NCBI GenBank assembly: GCA_905178155.1
Contig: CAJINV010000001.1
Coordinates: forward strand, 13,553,712 to 13,617,711
Source of the DNA: Amoebophrya sp. A120
Lineage: Eukaryota; Protista; Dinoflagellata
Direction of reading: 5' to 3'
DNA length: 64,000 bases
This document shows positions 12,201-23,840 of this stretch, piece after piece. How positions within the stretch are numbered: the stretch's first letter is position 1; each line of letters begins with the position of its first letter. The notes below the pieces were generated by a model. That model ran no database searches and was not told the origin of the DNA. It saw only the letters and a list, made by a program, of their open reading frames with translations. The position numbers and the translations under genes were made by a program.

Positions 12201-15200
12201 GTTTCTTTCGTCAGCGGCTTCCTGGCGCTGAAGCTCGTTGACGATTGTTTCGGGAGGTTCCTAACGGCCCCTGAGGACATTGCCTCGTTGCTGACCAGGC
12301 CGAACTTAGAGGTCGGCTTCGGGAAGGCTACCCGGAGTTGAGTCTGTTTCGGCAGGTCTCTTGTGAATGCGAGGGCAGTGGTTGGCTGAGGTTGTTGGAG
12401 CGTTCCATAGTGTCGCTCCAGATCATTTTTTTGATCCTTCTCCAACTTCCTCATTTCCTGTGTGGTCTAATGCAGATTGCAGATCACAACACAGGGCCAC
12501 CCTCGTATCTCACCTCCAGGGGGGGGCGCGCGGACCTCGCTTGCCATTTCGTTTGGTCTCGCGAAAGTTCCAGCTCCCATCATTAAGACGTGACTTCACA
12601 TCATTAAGACGGGTACCTGGAAGGAGGCACTGGAGTCGGGCCGCGGCGCGGACGTAATCTGTGACGTGTGAAGTTATGAGCGGATGTTATAGATAGGCAG
12701 CCTGTCATGCTTTTTTTTTTTAACTTTTAGATGCGCTCGTCGCTGATATTCCTGGTCATGACCATGCTGAGCAGCCCCTATGTGTCATCATCTGTATCTC
12801 TACTTCCATTCTGTCCTCTCCTTTTTCTCGTTTGCATGTTGCCTCGCGACCTTCTCTTCCTTCCTGGATGACTTGACTTTCGGTGGTGGTGACTTTCTAG
12901 GTTCTCCTGCTTGTATGACCTGGGCCTTTTGCATTTTCTGTCATCCACCCCTGCCCTTCCGGGTTGTCTCGGTGATCTCTCTTTGGCTGGTCGCTTTGTA
13001 TCCGGGTGTTCTCCAGGGGTTCTTGATGCTCATCTGTGTGATGCGACGCATTCCTCCTTATTGTGATATGCATGACAGGCTGCCTCTACTGTGCATTTGC
13101 TCTGATTCACATTCCATAAGTTCCCTAAGCGTCCAGTAAATTGGTGCTCCGACTCGGATACCGCCGCTGCAGATCCACAACCGGCCGACCCACATGCCGG
13201 GCCGCTGGTCGGACTTGCCCTACCGCACTGAAAGCCCAACACCGCTGTCACGTCTTGGTTTGTCACGCACGCGGGACCGTCGTCATTTACGAGTTGGCTA
13301 TGGTGTTAGCCTGGACCTGGATCTCGTGAACGCCAAGCTCCTAGGTCTCCTGGCTCGACCTCGCCCGCCACGAACACGGTTTTACGCGATGCAAATAGCG
13401 ACTTGTGCCCGATGGTGTATGACTTTTGGTGTTGCGTCTGTGGTGCCGCTGTTGACCCGGCCGCTATCGAGCCGTCCGAGCGCCAGCATCTATCACATCG
13501 TCCTCGGAGTCGCATCTGCCGCTGTACTTCGACGCCGGGGGCTCGACGGACCCACCCCCCTACAATTATCCTGTCTCCAAAAGTAAAAGTTCAAAAGGAA
13601 AAAGTTAAAAGTTTAAAAAATTACACTTGCGTCGTAATCTTACAATATCATATCGCGATCTGTAGCGGTTTTAAAGGTTTTCACTTTGTCAAAACCGTTA
13701 TTCTGGCTTTTAGCCGTGTATTTTGCTACTACCATAATTTTTACATATATGCACTGGCAGCCACATTACTCACTCGCTGACGGGCCGCACCCGGATGCAT
13801 CAAGTTTTTTTTGCTATCTCTAGGCGGGTGCAGTGGTGGTTTCGGTCGGGCCGCACCCAAGGACTCCACCCACTCACCGCGCGCGTGTCTGCTTCCTTTT
13901 GGCTGCATATAAGAAATAAATAAGTCCACCTATTTCAAGGGGCCGCGCCCCGCTTTTTATGCCCGGCACCGTTCCTGACACACAGCGTGCTCCATGAGGC
14001 GGGTGCATAGATGGGCCCTTAGATCCGGCGACACTCATGTGGACATACTTATGCTTCATGATGACAAGTAAAAAATCCATTTTACAGCTACCGCTTCGCT
14101 TTGCAAACACCGCAATCGAGGTAGTGCTGACCTGTTTTGTACCGTAATACGCAATTGTCTGACAATTCAAAAAAACAAAATTATTTCATCTTCTCGTCGC
14201 CATCATAAGTACCTTGAGGTGCCGCACACCTCTATCTCTAGTTTCTTGTTGATTACTTCTCGCTCGTTCGGTCGCGCATGTGCGGTGCAGCCCGCTCAGT
14301 GTTTTTTGTTTTTCATGCGACTCTGCAGCCCTCACGCATAAATTTTTGCATGTTTCAAGTCCTTGGACTTTTATGGGCTCACGCACATCCGAGATCGGGG
14401 GGGTGGGAGGGGGTCCTCAAGCCAGAAAAAACTCCCCCGAGCGGTAGTAGGGAATTTCCAAGAGTGCAAAATATGCATGACAAACCTGGTAACCTTCCAG
14501 ACCCAGACATTTTTACATTTGATACCAGCAGGACGTGGACGACGACCAGGAGCATGCGCTCGCGCCGGCGGACGAGCATCCAACCAGAGGAGATGACGAA
14601 CAACGAACGGACGACAACGACGAGGCGGGAGCGAAAAGCGCGGGAGACGAGGGCGGTACGAAAGCCGAGAAAAAGTTATACTACGTGCTACCCTGGAATT
14701 TTGCATACGTGGGGACGCTGTCTTCCGTCACGCAGCGGCAGGCGAGCGGAGAAGGAAAAATTTTCACTGCCTGCATGGTTATCAACGAGGTCTGCGTGCT
14801 CTTGTCCCGTTACACAATGGTCGTGTACGAGTCCCCGTGCCGGAATCCGTATGGTAATAAAGACGGGGACGAGTTCCTCTATCTTGCGTCACCGGCTTTG
14901 GATAGCGCTAAAAACCTTGCAATCCGCGTCACCTGGTTGATTCTTCCCCGAGTACTCATGCTGATGACCGCTGCGATACCTTCCGCGAGCTTTGAGGACG
15001 CGCAGGAGCGGGACGACGAGACAGAAACTAGCCCACTGCCCTTGGAGGCTGTTCAGGAACAAGCGTTGCCGGACGTCGCGCCGTCGAGGAATATGGGCCG
15101 CGCCGAGCGGTTCTTTGCGCAACTCAAGTTCCGCACCCGAGAAGATCGTCGAGAAAACCAGGTCTCGATGATGCACGATAACCGGTCACGCAAGTACATG

Positions 15201-15989
15201 CTGCAACTACATCGGGCTGTGCTGCTCGCGATGGCATTGCTCTTGATTTTCGAAACGAGGCAACTCGTGTCGGAAGAACAAATTAGCATTCCGCAGGTGC
15301 TGTTCGGTTATTCACGGTCATACTCGTCCACGCCTTCGCTGACTGGTGGCAACGGCGAACAAGAGCGAAATAGCACGGACCCCGCTGTGGATGCGATGGA
15401 TCTAATGTCTATGGTCGATATGTCTAGGGGCCACGGCGTACCCGATGCCGATGAATGCGGCCGCACTCCGGACGAACTCTTGCGGAAGCGGTAGGTTTAT
15501 TTCCCCCGCGTGCTTTGCCTGGTCAGCGGATGGGTGTTCTCCCTGGTATTTGCCGTTCTGGCGAGCGTGTTGCAGAATTCCGCCAAGCACGAGGGTGCAG
15601 CGGCCGGCGGGCGCCTGATTCCAAGATCCACAAGCCTCTTGCTGCCCCGGTGTGTTTACGTGACGGAAGTGCTGGCCATGCTTTCTGTCTTCGGTCTACC
15701 ATTCTGGCCGATGTTTCGGGCGGCTCTAAAAGAGGACAAGTTTCAAGACGCAGACCCAGGTTCGCTCTGGACGGCCCCTCTCCGACCAATCGGGTTGGCC
15801 GTGTCTGGTGCTTACTGGTTCGCTTGGACCGTAGCGTTGCCAAGTTGCGCTACCTATGCGGATTATCTCCAGGGGTTTTACAACAGCACCGCCCCGGCCT
15901 GTGAACCAAATAAAAATTGGTACCAGATGAGCTGGGCTGCCGCGCACGACCAAGGCTGGCGGAAAGAATTCGCCGAGTGGTGGCACTAG
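9282..15989 (+). CDS. Multi-pass membrane protein of unknown function, split by a 4.3-kb introner (exons 9282..10193 and 14529..; in-frame TAG or short intron at ~15491)
   Basis: ORF ...FFPLEYQ joins QDVDDDQEH... in frame across GT(10194)...AG(14528). Hydrophobic N-terminus, coiled coil and several TM-like segments. ORF 15510..15989 continues the same frame. Confidence 0.65.
10195..14524. mobile_element. Giant TIR element / introner (4330 bp), family A, TSD CCAGG/CCAGC
   Basis: Perfect ~31-bp TIRs tatcaaatgtaaaaatgtctgggtctggaag ... cttccagacccagacatttttacatttgata. Its ends are colinear with the reverse complement of 6142..6404. Confidence 0.9.
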
Positions 15990-16923
15990 GAGTAAAGCCT
16001 GGTCTGAGAACACAGCTCTGCAACGCTAGCTGTGTTGCCGCACCGGGACGGAAAGAAGCCCGTCGGCGCGTCGTACTCGCAGAAACAAAAAGGATATTTT
16101 TACAAGATGAAAAACACCAGAGCTGCCGTGTGGTTTTCTTTGTGGCAACAGTAGCCATTCATGCGTAATAGAACCGACGACGGATTGCACAGTCAATCCC
16201 TTTTGATATGATACGGAGGAAGGGATATGATGAACGGACATTGATAGTGTGTTAGGCTCGGGGTTTCGTTGGCTGTAGTTGCAAAAGTAGTGCTACAAAA
16301 AATTGGAAACAAGAAAAGTAAGAAGATCCGCTTCCTGCCTGGAGTCAGTGCGACCATCAAAAGCTAGATCACAAATTCCTTCCATCGAAAGGCATGCGTT
16401 AAAGATCGTCCTCACGACATGGACACGAGTATATCCGCAAAAGACATGAGTACTGAGATACGGATCTTCCGAAATCCGCACCTGGACAAGAGTAAATAGA
16501 TCTAGGGATCCTTGTCGAGGAAAATGAGCAGAAACGATCTCGGCAAATCGTGTGATTTTCCACCAAAGTCGTGCTAGATTTCTTGCTGTACTTCCCATGA
16601 AAAATGAACGACCCACAAGGAGTCTGCACCAAGTCCTTTTTCCTTTAATTTCACAGACATGTCCTGGTAGGAAAAGGAATGAAAGCAGCTCTTCAGCTCT
16701 CAAGAGTAATGGCTCGGTAAGGAGTTGAACAGCAACAATTGGCATCGAAGTAGCATCAAGTGAGACATATACTGTTTCTCGGCCCGTTAGGCATTTTGAG
16801 ATAGTTTGGTAGCGCATCAAGTATAGTACTACCAGCGTTGGTAGCCTTTTCGTACGTACCCGCCGAAAAAACAAATTCCGTTCGCCACACCCAAAAAGCA
16901 TCGGAAACACCACTACCTACAAT

Positions 16924-19900
16924 ATGCCTGTTTTTCTTCACGGCGACCAGCTGAACCTGGGCCGGGGCTTGCTGCAGATCCCGTCGGACACGAGCCTGGA
17001 GACGATTGTAAACGATGTGCTCACGGCCGGGTACGACTATATCACGGTCCCGCTCGCAACCAAGGAAAGCCAAAAAGCTTCCTCCGAGCCTTTCGTTCCA
17101 GCGATGACTTGCGACTTAGCGCTGCCCGGACGGCTGTGGGGCTCGTGCATGATCGCGCAGTGCACAGAAGGCTTGAACCCAGATTTGGATACCTACGACG
17201 AGCACCGGCGCGACGACCGCAATAGCAAGCGACTGGAGGAGGAGATCTCCTTCGGCGAACACCTGGGCGCGACGGCCCTTCTTCTGCCGTTTCCAGACGT
17301 GAGCGGCTGCGTGCAGTTTGCGGCCCTGGTCAACCGGATGCTGCTGAAGCGGGAGGTGCAGGGGGTACCCTTGGTGATTCAAGTGCCTTTGGTGTACCAC
17401 GACAAAGCGCTGCACACGATCACGACTAAAGCAGGAAATAAAGCAATAAAAGTCGACGGTTGGACGGTGTGGAACCAGTTTAAGCAATTGATCGAGTGCA
17501 GGAGCGACTTGAGGGTAAGTCTCATTATTGACGTTGCGAAATTCGAGAAGCCAACCGACTTGGAACTCGACCGGTGGTATGGGGAGCGCGTTCACTCGGT
17601 GCAGTTAGCGTCGCCGGCGTTTTTGAAAAACAGCAAAAAGTACCCGGTACTCCCGAAGAAGCTGCAGAGCTTTGTCAAGGGGTTTTTCACCCGAGCCGAA
17701 ACCATCTTCATCGTGCGCGACGACGAGCGGGAGACCAGCGGCGAGAGGTGGGAGGAAGATGCAGGGCTGAATGGCGGAACAACAAACACAATAGTACCTT
17801 TTCCGATCGAAAAAACCGAAGGGAGTAGAAGTAGTAGTTCTTCTGTAGTCAATACTGGCGACTCGGAATTGGATACAAGTACTAGTCTTTCACCGGTGAA
17901 AAACGCGCGGTTCTCCACGCTCCAAGCCCGGTACTTGTCGCTGCTGTTCAAATCTCGGTCGCCCCCCGACGTGCAGCAGAAGTTCGAGAGGCCATTTCTA
18001 GACGTGCTGCAGGCGCCTTTGCAGCCCCTGCACGACCACCTTGGGAGTCAGACCTATGAGACGTTTGAGGAGGACCCCGTGAAATACGTGCTGTACCAGG
18101 AAGCCGTGACCGAGTGTCTGTGGGACAAAATCCGGTTCCTCATTGACTCCCTGAAGAAGTTTTCGGGCGCGAACCTCTTCCCGGGGGTAGGGGCCAGCAC
18201 CGCGGTTATGGATCCGCAGGTCGCGTTAAGGATTGCGACGGACGCAGTTGCTGAGCTCGTGAAGGAGCGCACGCGGCGACCCGCGCCGGTGCCGACGGAC
18301 CACGCGGGCAGGGAGGCCACATCGGAGAAGGTGGAGGATGCGTCAGACGACGGAAGTCGCCTTTCGGACGAAGTCTTCGCGGGGAAAGACGATAGGCAAA
18401 CGCAGGACCGTGGTGCTGCAACCGCCGCGAGGAACAACAGTCGTAATGCTGATGCGGACGAACATCACCGCACTCAGAAAGAAGCAGGAGCGACAAGGAA
18501 CGCGGACCCGGAAGAGTTGGCGGAGGCGAGTCGCCAACCCCGGGAGGAGGCGGGGCGCGGTGAGATCGAAAGCAAAAGGGAGCAAGCCCGGGTTTTGTTT
18601 GTAAAGGGCTGCAACTTGAGTACAATATGCACGGGGGAAAACAGCTTCGTCATTATGGTCGTAGGCGCAGGCCGGGGCCCGATTGTGCAAGCGTGCTTGG
18701 ACGGGATTCGACAGCTCAAGAAAATTTTCGCAAAGGCCGCGGTCCCGGACGAGCATCAGCCCGAGTTCAAACTAATCGCCGTGGAAAAGAACCCAAACGC
18801 GGTGCACACGCTGCTTTACCGCAACAAGTACGAATGGTGCAACCAGGTGGAGATCGTCGGTCCGATGGATATGCGAGATTGGAAGACGGAGTACAAGGCG
18901 GATGTTATCGTCTCCGAACTTTTGGGGAGTTTCAGCGACAACGAACTTTCGCCGGAGTGCTTGGATGGCGCGCAACGGTTTCTGCGGGACGAAGACGCAC
19001 TTTTGAAGCAGCTGGTCGCGGATGTCAACGAACAAGCGGCGTCGAAACGGACGACCGCGCATGCTCAATGCGATCACCGAGGGATCAATGTATACGCGCC
19101 CACATGGCGGAAGGTCATTGACAAAATTTTCTGCGTCGTCATGGAATCTACAACTACCAGCGGAGATAAAGAAGATAACACCTCCGCCGCGCCGGCAGCA
19201 GCTACGAGTGCGCGCTCCTCCACTCATCTTCACGCGAGGGCTGCGCGAGAGCGCAGTGCTATGCTCTTCTTGCGGAAAAACATCCGCGGAACTTCGATCC
19301 CACAGTCCTACACGAGTTCGTTGCAATTGGTTGCGAGCCCCGCCAATCACAACATGCTGAAATCCCGTCAGCAATTCGAGCAGGGGTATGTCGTGGCTTT
19401 TCAACACCTGTTCTGCATCTCGGCACCGCAGCCGTGTTTTACTTTCGAGCACCCGTCCGACCGAGTCGATGGGATAGGACACAACGACCGGCACTGCCAA
19501 ATTACCTTCAAGCCAGAGGTATTGACGTTTGGGATCGTTTTCTGATGTCTTTGCTTCGGCTTTAGATTTTAAGACGTTGCATGGACCACCTCTACAGGCA
19601 GAAATAGAACTGCGAATGCGAAAACGAACTTGCGCAACGACATTGATTGATCCGATTTGAAATGTTTTGGTTCATCTAGCATCAACTTTAGGAGCACTCA
19701 GTGGGTGCGAAGCTCTTTCACTATGATGACTCTTTTTTTCTAAATCTAGACCAGCAGGTCTAGAGATGTCGAAAAACTGCAACCAATCAAATTAAGCCGC
19801 AGTCTGATTACTTCTTCGAAACCTGCATGATCTCGTCTTTAGAAAAAGATAACTGCTGTCGTAGCCCATGATGACCACTTTTTGCTAGAGACAAACTTCG

Positions 19901-20756
19901 TTCGTCGGTGGCGAAAAACTGCACCCAATCAAATTAAGCCGCAGTCTGATTTCCGACAAGCCACGTTAGTGCTTAAGCAGTCTCATTTCTTGCATCGTAC
20001 TAGGCGCGCTTAATATTGCAAGCCATGATGAGCCAAATTTGATCGCAATGCTTTGTCTTGATTCTCAAAGTGATGCAAACTCCAAATTCAATCCTTACTA
20101 TTCTGAAATCATTGCGGTAGTTGTCTAGTCTCTGGTTTAGATTTACTGGCGCAAGTGGATCGAGGTGTGGCTGGCGAATTCCAGGCGCACGCACACTGTT
20201 ATGATGACTACCTTATTCGCAATGCTTTGTCATGATTCTAGATGAAGCTGATGCAACTTTTTTTCAATCCTTACTATTCTGAAGCTTGGTTTTCACGCAA
20301 TGGTATCACGATCCAACAGCAGATTTAGATCATTGGCGCCTCATCTGTAGCCGCGCCCTTGCATGATGATTGTCTTCTGATCAATAAGGTCTACTCCCCA
20401 ATTACGAATCCTCATGAAACTTTCTCTCTCGAAAAAAAAACCAGGTTGAAGCTGAATGCGATGGTTTAGCGGCCTACTTCGATTGCGTTCTTTACGAGGC
20501 AACATGTGAGGGCAGTCGAAAAATCCGCATGAGTATTGATCCGGTAACCAAAACGGAAGACTTGATCTCGTGGTTCCCGATGTACTTTCCGTTTAAGCAA
20601 CCCTTCCAGCTCTCGCCCCTGGATTCGGTGCAGGTAAACGTGTGGCGGAAGTCCGACAAGGCAAAGGTGTGGTATGAGTGGGCCTGTACGGACCCGATTG
20701 GTGCGGGCGGAGGCGTGCACAATGCAGGCGGACGATTTTACAGCATCTACAAATGA
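16924..20756 (+). CDS. PRMT5: Protein arginine N-methyltransferase 5 (exons 16924..19518, 20445..20756)
   Basis: LQAPLQPLHDHLGSQTYETFEEDPVKY, VVGAGRGP, AVEKNPNA, KADVIVSELLGSFSDNELSPECLDGAQ, SIPQSY, GLAAYFDCVLY, SWFPMYFP. GT-AG intron 19519..20444. Confidence 0.95.
19770..20283. repeat. Two short local duplications inside the PRMT5 intron
   Basis: gaaaaactgcaaccaatcaaattaagccgcagtctgatt at ~19771 and ~19913 (one substitution). gcaatgctttgtc...ttcaatccttactattctgaa at ~20046 and ~20219. Confidence 0.8.
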
Positions 20757-21489
20757 CGTGCGCAGAGTAAAAATTCGCCTGTGCTGTGGCCTTCAAAAGG
20801 CAGAAGTTTAGAACTAGTTTGCTGGTACAATGCCCAGTCATGACAGTATTCTGAGTCGAGTAAAAAACAAAGTGAATTCCATCGCGCATGAGAGCGTAAA
20901 GGCGACATACTACAGTTTCGAAATAGCATGTTGAGTCTCAGTTTGGTGCTCGCGCTCGCCGGATGGTGCTGGCGCGTTCATACAACCTATGGTGTCCATT
21001 TGTGCTGTTGAAAGTGTGCCTTTAAATAGTTGGTTTCAGCGTTCTCAGATCAAAATTTAGATCGCGATACTCGTTCTATGAGCCGGAAAATCTTTAGCGA
21101 TCACATGAGAGCGCAGATGCTGAGATCCATAAGTATCGAGAAGCGTCGGAGATCCATGGTGCAGAAGTAGCGTGAAAACGGTCTCTAGGATGAAGATCAG
21201 CAAAATGATGATGGATCATCATGGCCGCTAGCCACAAACAAGATCCCTAGTGAGACGATCCAAAATGACAAATTTAGATCCTTTGTCTGTGGAACTATGC
21301 ACATGGCCGTAGTCACTGCGAAGGTAGCCGGTAGATTCTCGCTCTAGAAGAAATACGGATCCTTGTCCTTATTTCGAACGCTACTTCCATAACTGCTTTT
21401 ACACCTAAATTTATCTGCACCTTTTTAAATCTTTCGCCCACAGGGACACTTACTCGAGACCGTAAGTTAGAGCTCAACAGTAGCACAAG

Positions 21490-22437
21490 ATGGGAAAGCC
21501 GCGTGGGATCCGTACCGCCCGTAAGTTGGTGAACAGCCGCCGTGAAAACCGGTGGGCCGACAAGGACTACAAGAAGGCCAACTTCGGTATATGTCCTTTG
21601 CTAACATCGCATACCGCGTTTTTTTTTGCTGTCAAGCACTTCAGCAGAATGAGTGTGCTACTATATTTCCGCCGCGCAAGGATGAGAAATTTGAATTTTC
21701 TCCGAGCCGCTTCACTACTGGTGTAGCGACGATGGGGAATTTTTTCAAAATATCCTTTAAGTTTCAAACTGACAATTTTCGCGGACTAGCAAGTGAAATT
21801 GTAAACTGACCGGATCTTGCAAATGGCACATGTACAACTAGGATTTCTTAAGTTGGCATGGGAACGAGGTAATGAAGAGCGTTTCAAAAAAAAAATTATC
21901 TAAACCGCAATTTTAATCATCATCTTCCCAGGCTCCGTGTACAAGTGCAATCCGTTCGGTGGTTCCTCCCACGCTAAGGGCATTGTGGTTGAGAAGATCG
22001 GAATTGAGGCCAAGCAGCCGAACAGCGCCATCCGTAAGTGCTGCCGCGTGCAGCTGATCAAGAACGGAAAGAAGATCGCCGCCTTCGTCCCGAACGATGG
22101 TTGCTTGAACTTCATCGATGAGAACGACGAAGTCCTGATCGCCGGTTTCGGTCGCCGCGGCCACGCCGTCGGTGATATCCCCGGTGTCCGGTTCAAGGTA
22201 TAGCTTTGAGTCAATCTCTGGATAGATTTTGGTTTTGTTTGCATGTGCACCGTAGTGCCCTTGTGCTGTCGGACTGCGAGTTGAGATCATGGTTTTGCTC
22301 TTTTAAATGTGAAGGTATTTTTGTCGTATGTGCTGTTGCACGATATTCAATCAAACCTAAATCAACAGGTCGTCAAGGTGTCCGGTTGCGGTCTCTTGGC
22401 CTTGTACAAGGAAAAGAAGGAGAAGCCGCGTAACTGA
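21490..22437 (+). CDS. RPS23: 40S ribosomal protein S23 / uS12 (exons 21490..21586, ~21932..22197, 22369..22437)
   Basis: [13 protein letters not shown]...[71 protein letters not shown]; GT-AG introns. Confidence 0.97.
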
Positions 22438-23227
22438 GCAGTTTGGTTTTACCAGCAGCAACGCTTGTTTCAGCAACAATCCTCAAGAACTCTGCTTGTG
22501 CTACTGAAAATGAACCCATAATGAACCACATTTTTTGTGTGTAGTCTCGAGAGCTAAAAAAGAAACGCGAGAGAGCCGTCAGCGCTGTGCTTCGAGCGCC
22601 CGGGTTGTCAATGGACGCCTGTCGATATCCAATTGCGTGTTCTACGAGTTCGCTTTTGCGAGATGTTGTTGTGCCAAGGCCAATCGGTTTTCTATTGGAT
22701 GCCCAAGTGCTGCTATTAAGGCATTGCGCTGATGGCGGGCTCAGGTAACTCTGCCCTACATTGTTTCTTCGTCAGGACCCCAATGAACTTTTTCCCTAAT
22801 GTAGAAGATCCACTTCTCTAAAGATGCGCAAAAATGTCTGAGAATAAAAGCGATTCTATAGCAAAGGAAGCGAGTGCCATAAGCGGCGTAGGTACGGTCA
22901 AGAAATCTTCGTCTAAGGAAAGTATTCTAGCGCGTGCACGGCGCTTGATCTTTGGCCAGAAGACGCAGCTCTCTGATCCAAATTTTTTCGCAAAGCACAG
23001 CTCCGGCTTGGGTGATCGGTTTTTTTCTGCTTCAGCTACTTTTCAACCCTGTTGCGTCATTGAAAATACCGCCGTTGCTGCTAGTGTGTTTTCAGGTGTA
23101 AAGGCGAGAGAGTAAGCTATCCCTCCGTGAAGCACTTTCCGGCACGTTTTCATAAGTTCGCGCTTCAGACACTTCTAAAGACTTTCCCCCTCTTTACCAA
23201 TCTTCTCTATCTTCGGAATTCGAAGCC

Positions 23228-23719
23228 ATGGCGTGGGGTCCTTTCGTGCGGATAGCTGCGCAATTTGTGATGGTCGCGGGCAGCGCGATGGGAAAAGCAG
23301 TTCGGGAAGCGTACAAGGAAGCGGCGAAGAATCCAAATGTGGCAGCAGCGGTGCGAAACAGGCGCATGAATGTCGATGAGGCCAAAAACATCCTGGAAGT
23401 TCCTAAACTTATGGAGAAGAGCAGTATCGTGGACAAGGCTGAGATTATGCGAAAGCTGAATGCCATTGATGCAAAAGGCGTCGGATCACCGTACTGTTCT
23501 GTTCTTGCAGCTGAATTTTATCGATTAGTCAAGAGGATTAGTGAAAGGTGCCGCTGTTCGTCCGATTCTTTCGCCTTCTCTCGTAGTGCACTCTTATTTG
23601 TTCTGTGTGACCGCGATTTCATTTTTATCAACAGGTATCTACAGTCGAAGATAAGCATTGCGGAGACGGTTTTGCTTGAGGAATTGCATGGCGCTGGTCC
23701 ACCGAAGGCGGATTTGTAA
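23228..23719 (+). CDS. PAM16: Mitochondrial import motor subunit Pam16/Tim16 (probable 144-nt in-frame intron 23491..23634)
   Basis: RIAAQFVMVAGSAMGKAVREAYKEA, MNVDEAKNILEV; splicing gives GVGSPYLQSKI (compare the Pam16 motif GGSFYLQSK). Confidence 0.88.
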   Translation: MAWGPFVRIAAQFVMVAGSAMGKAVREAYKEAAKNPNVAAAVRNRRMNVDEAKNILEVPKLMEKSSIVDKAEIMRKLNAIDAKGVGSPYCSVLAAEFYRLVKRISERCRCSSDSFAFSRSALLFVLCDRDFIFINRYLQSKISIAETVLLEELHGAGPPKADL

Positions 23720-23840
23720 GAATCTTTCGAACTTTTCGCCATGTCGAAACGAGTGTAGCTTTGGAGCGGAACAACGCTGCAGCGCAGCTTCGAATTCCAG
23801 TTTTGACAAAAAGATTCCACCGCAACTTCACTTCTGCTAA

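Noticed and set aside
10430-14460. Intact transposase inside the giant introner
   Set aside because: Only short broken ORFs; no DDE, RT or tyrosine-recombinase motif recognised by eye.
16293-16913. 206-aa minus-strand ORF upstream of PRMT5
   Set aside because: Non-ATG start, intergenic-like composition and no motif.
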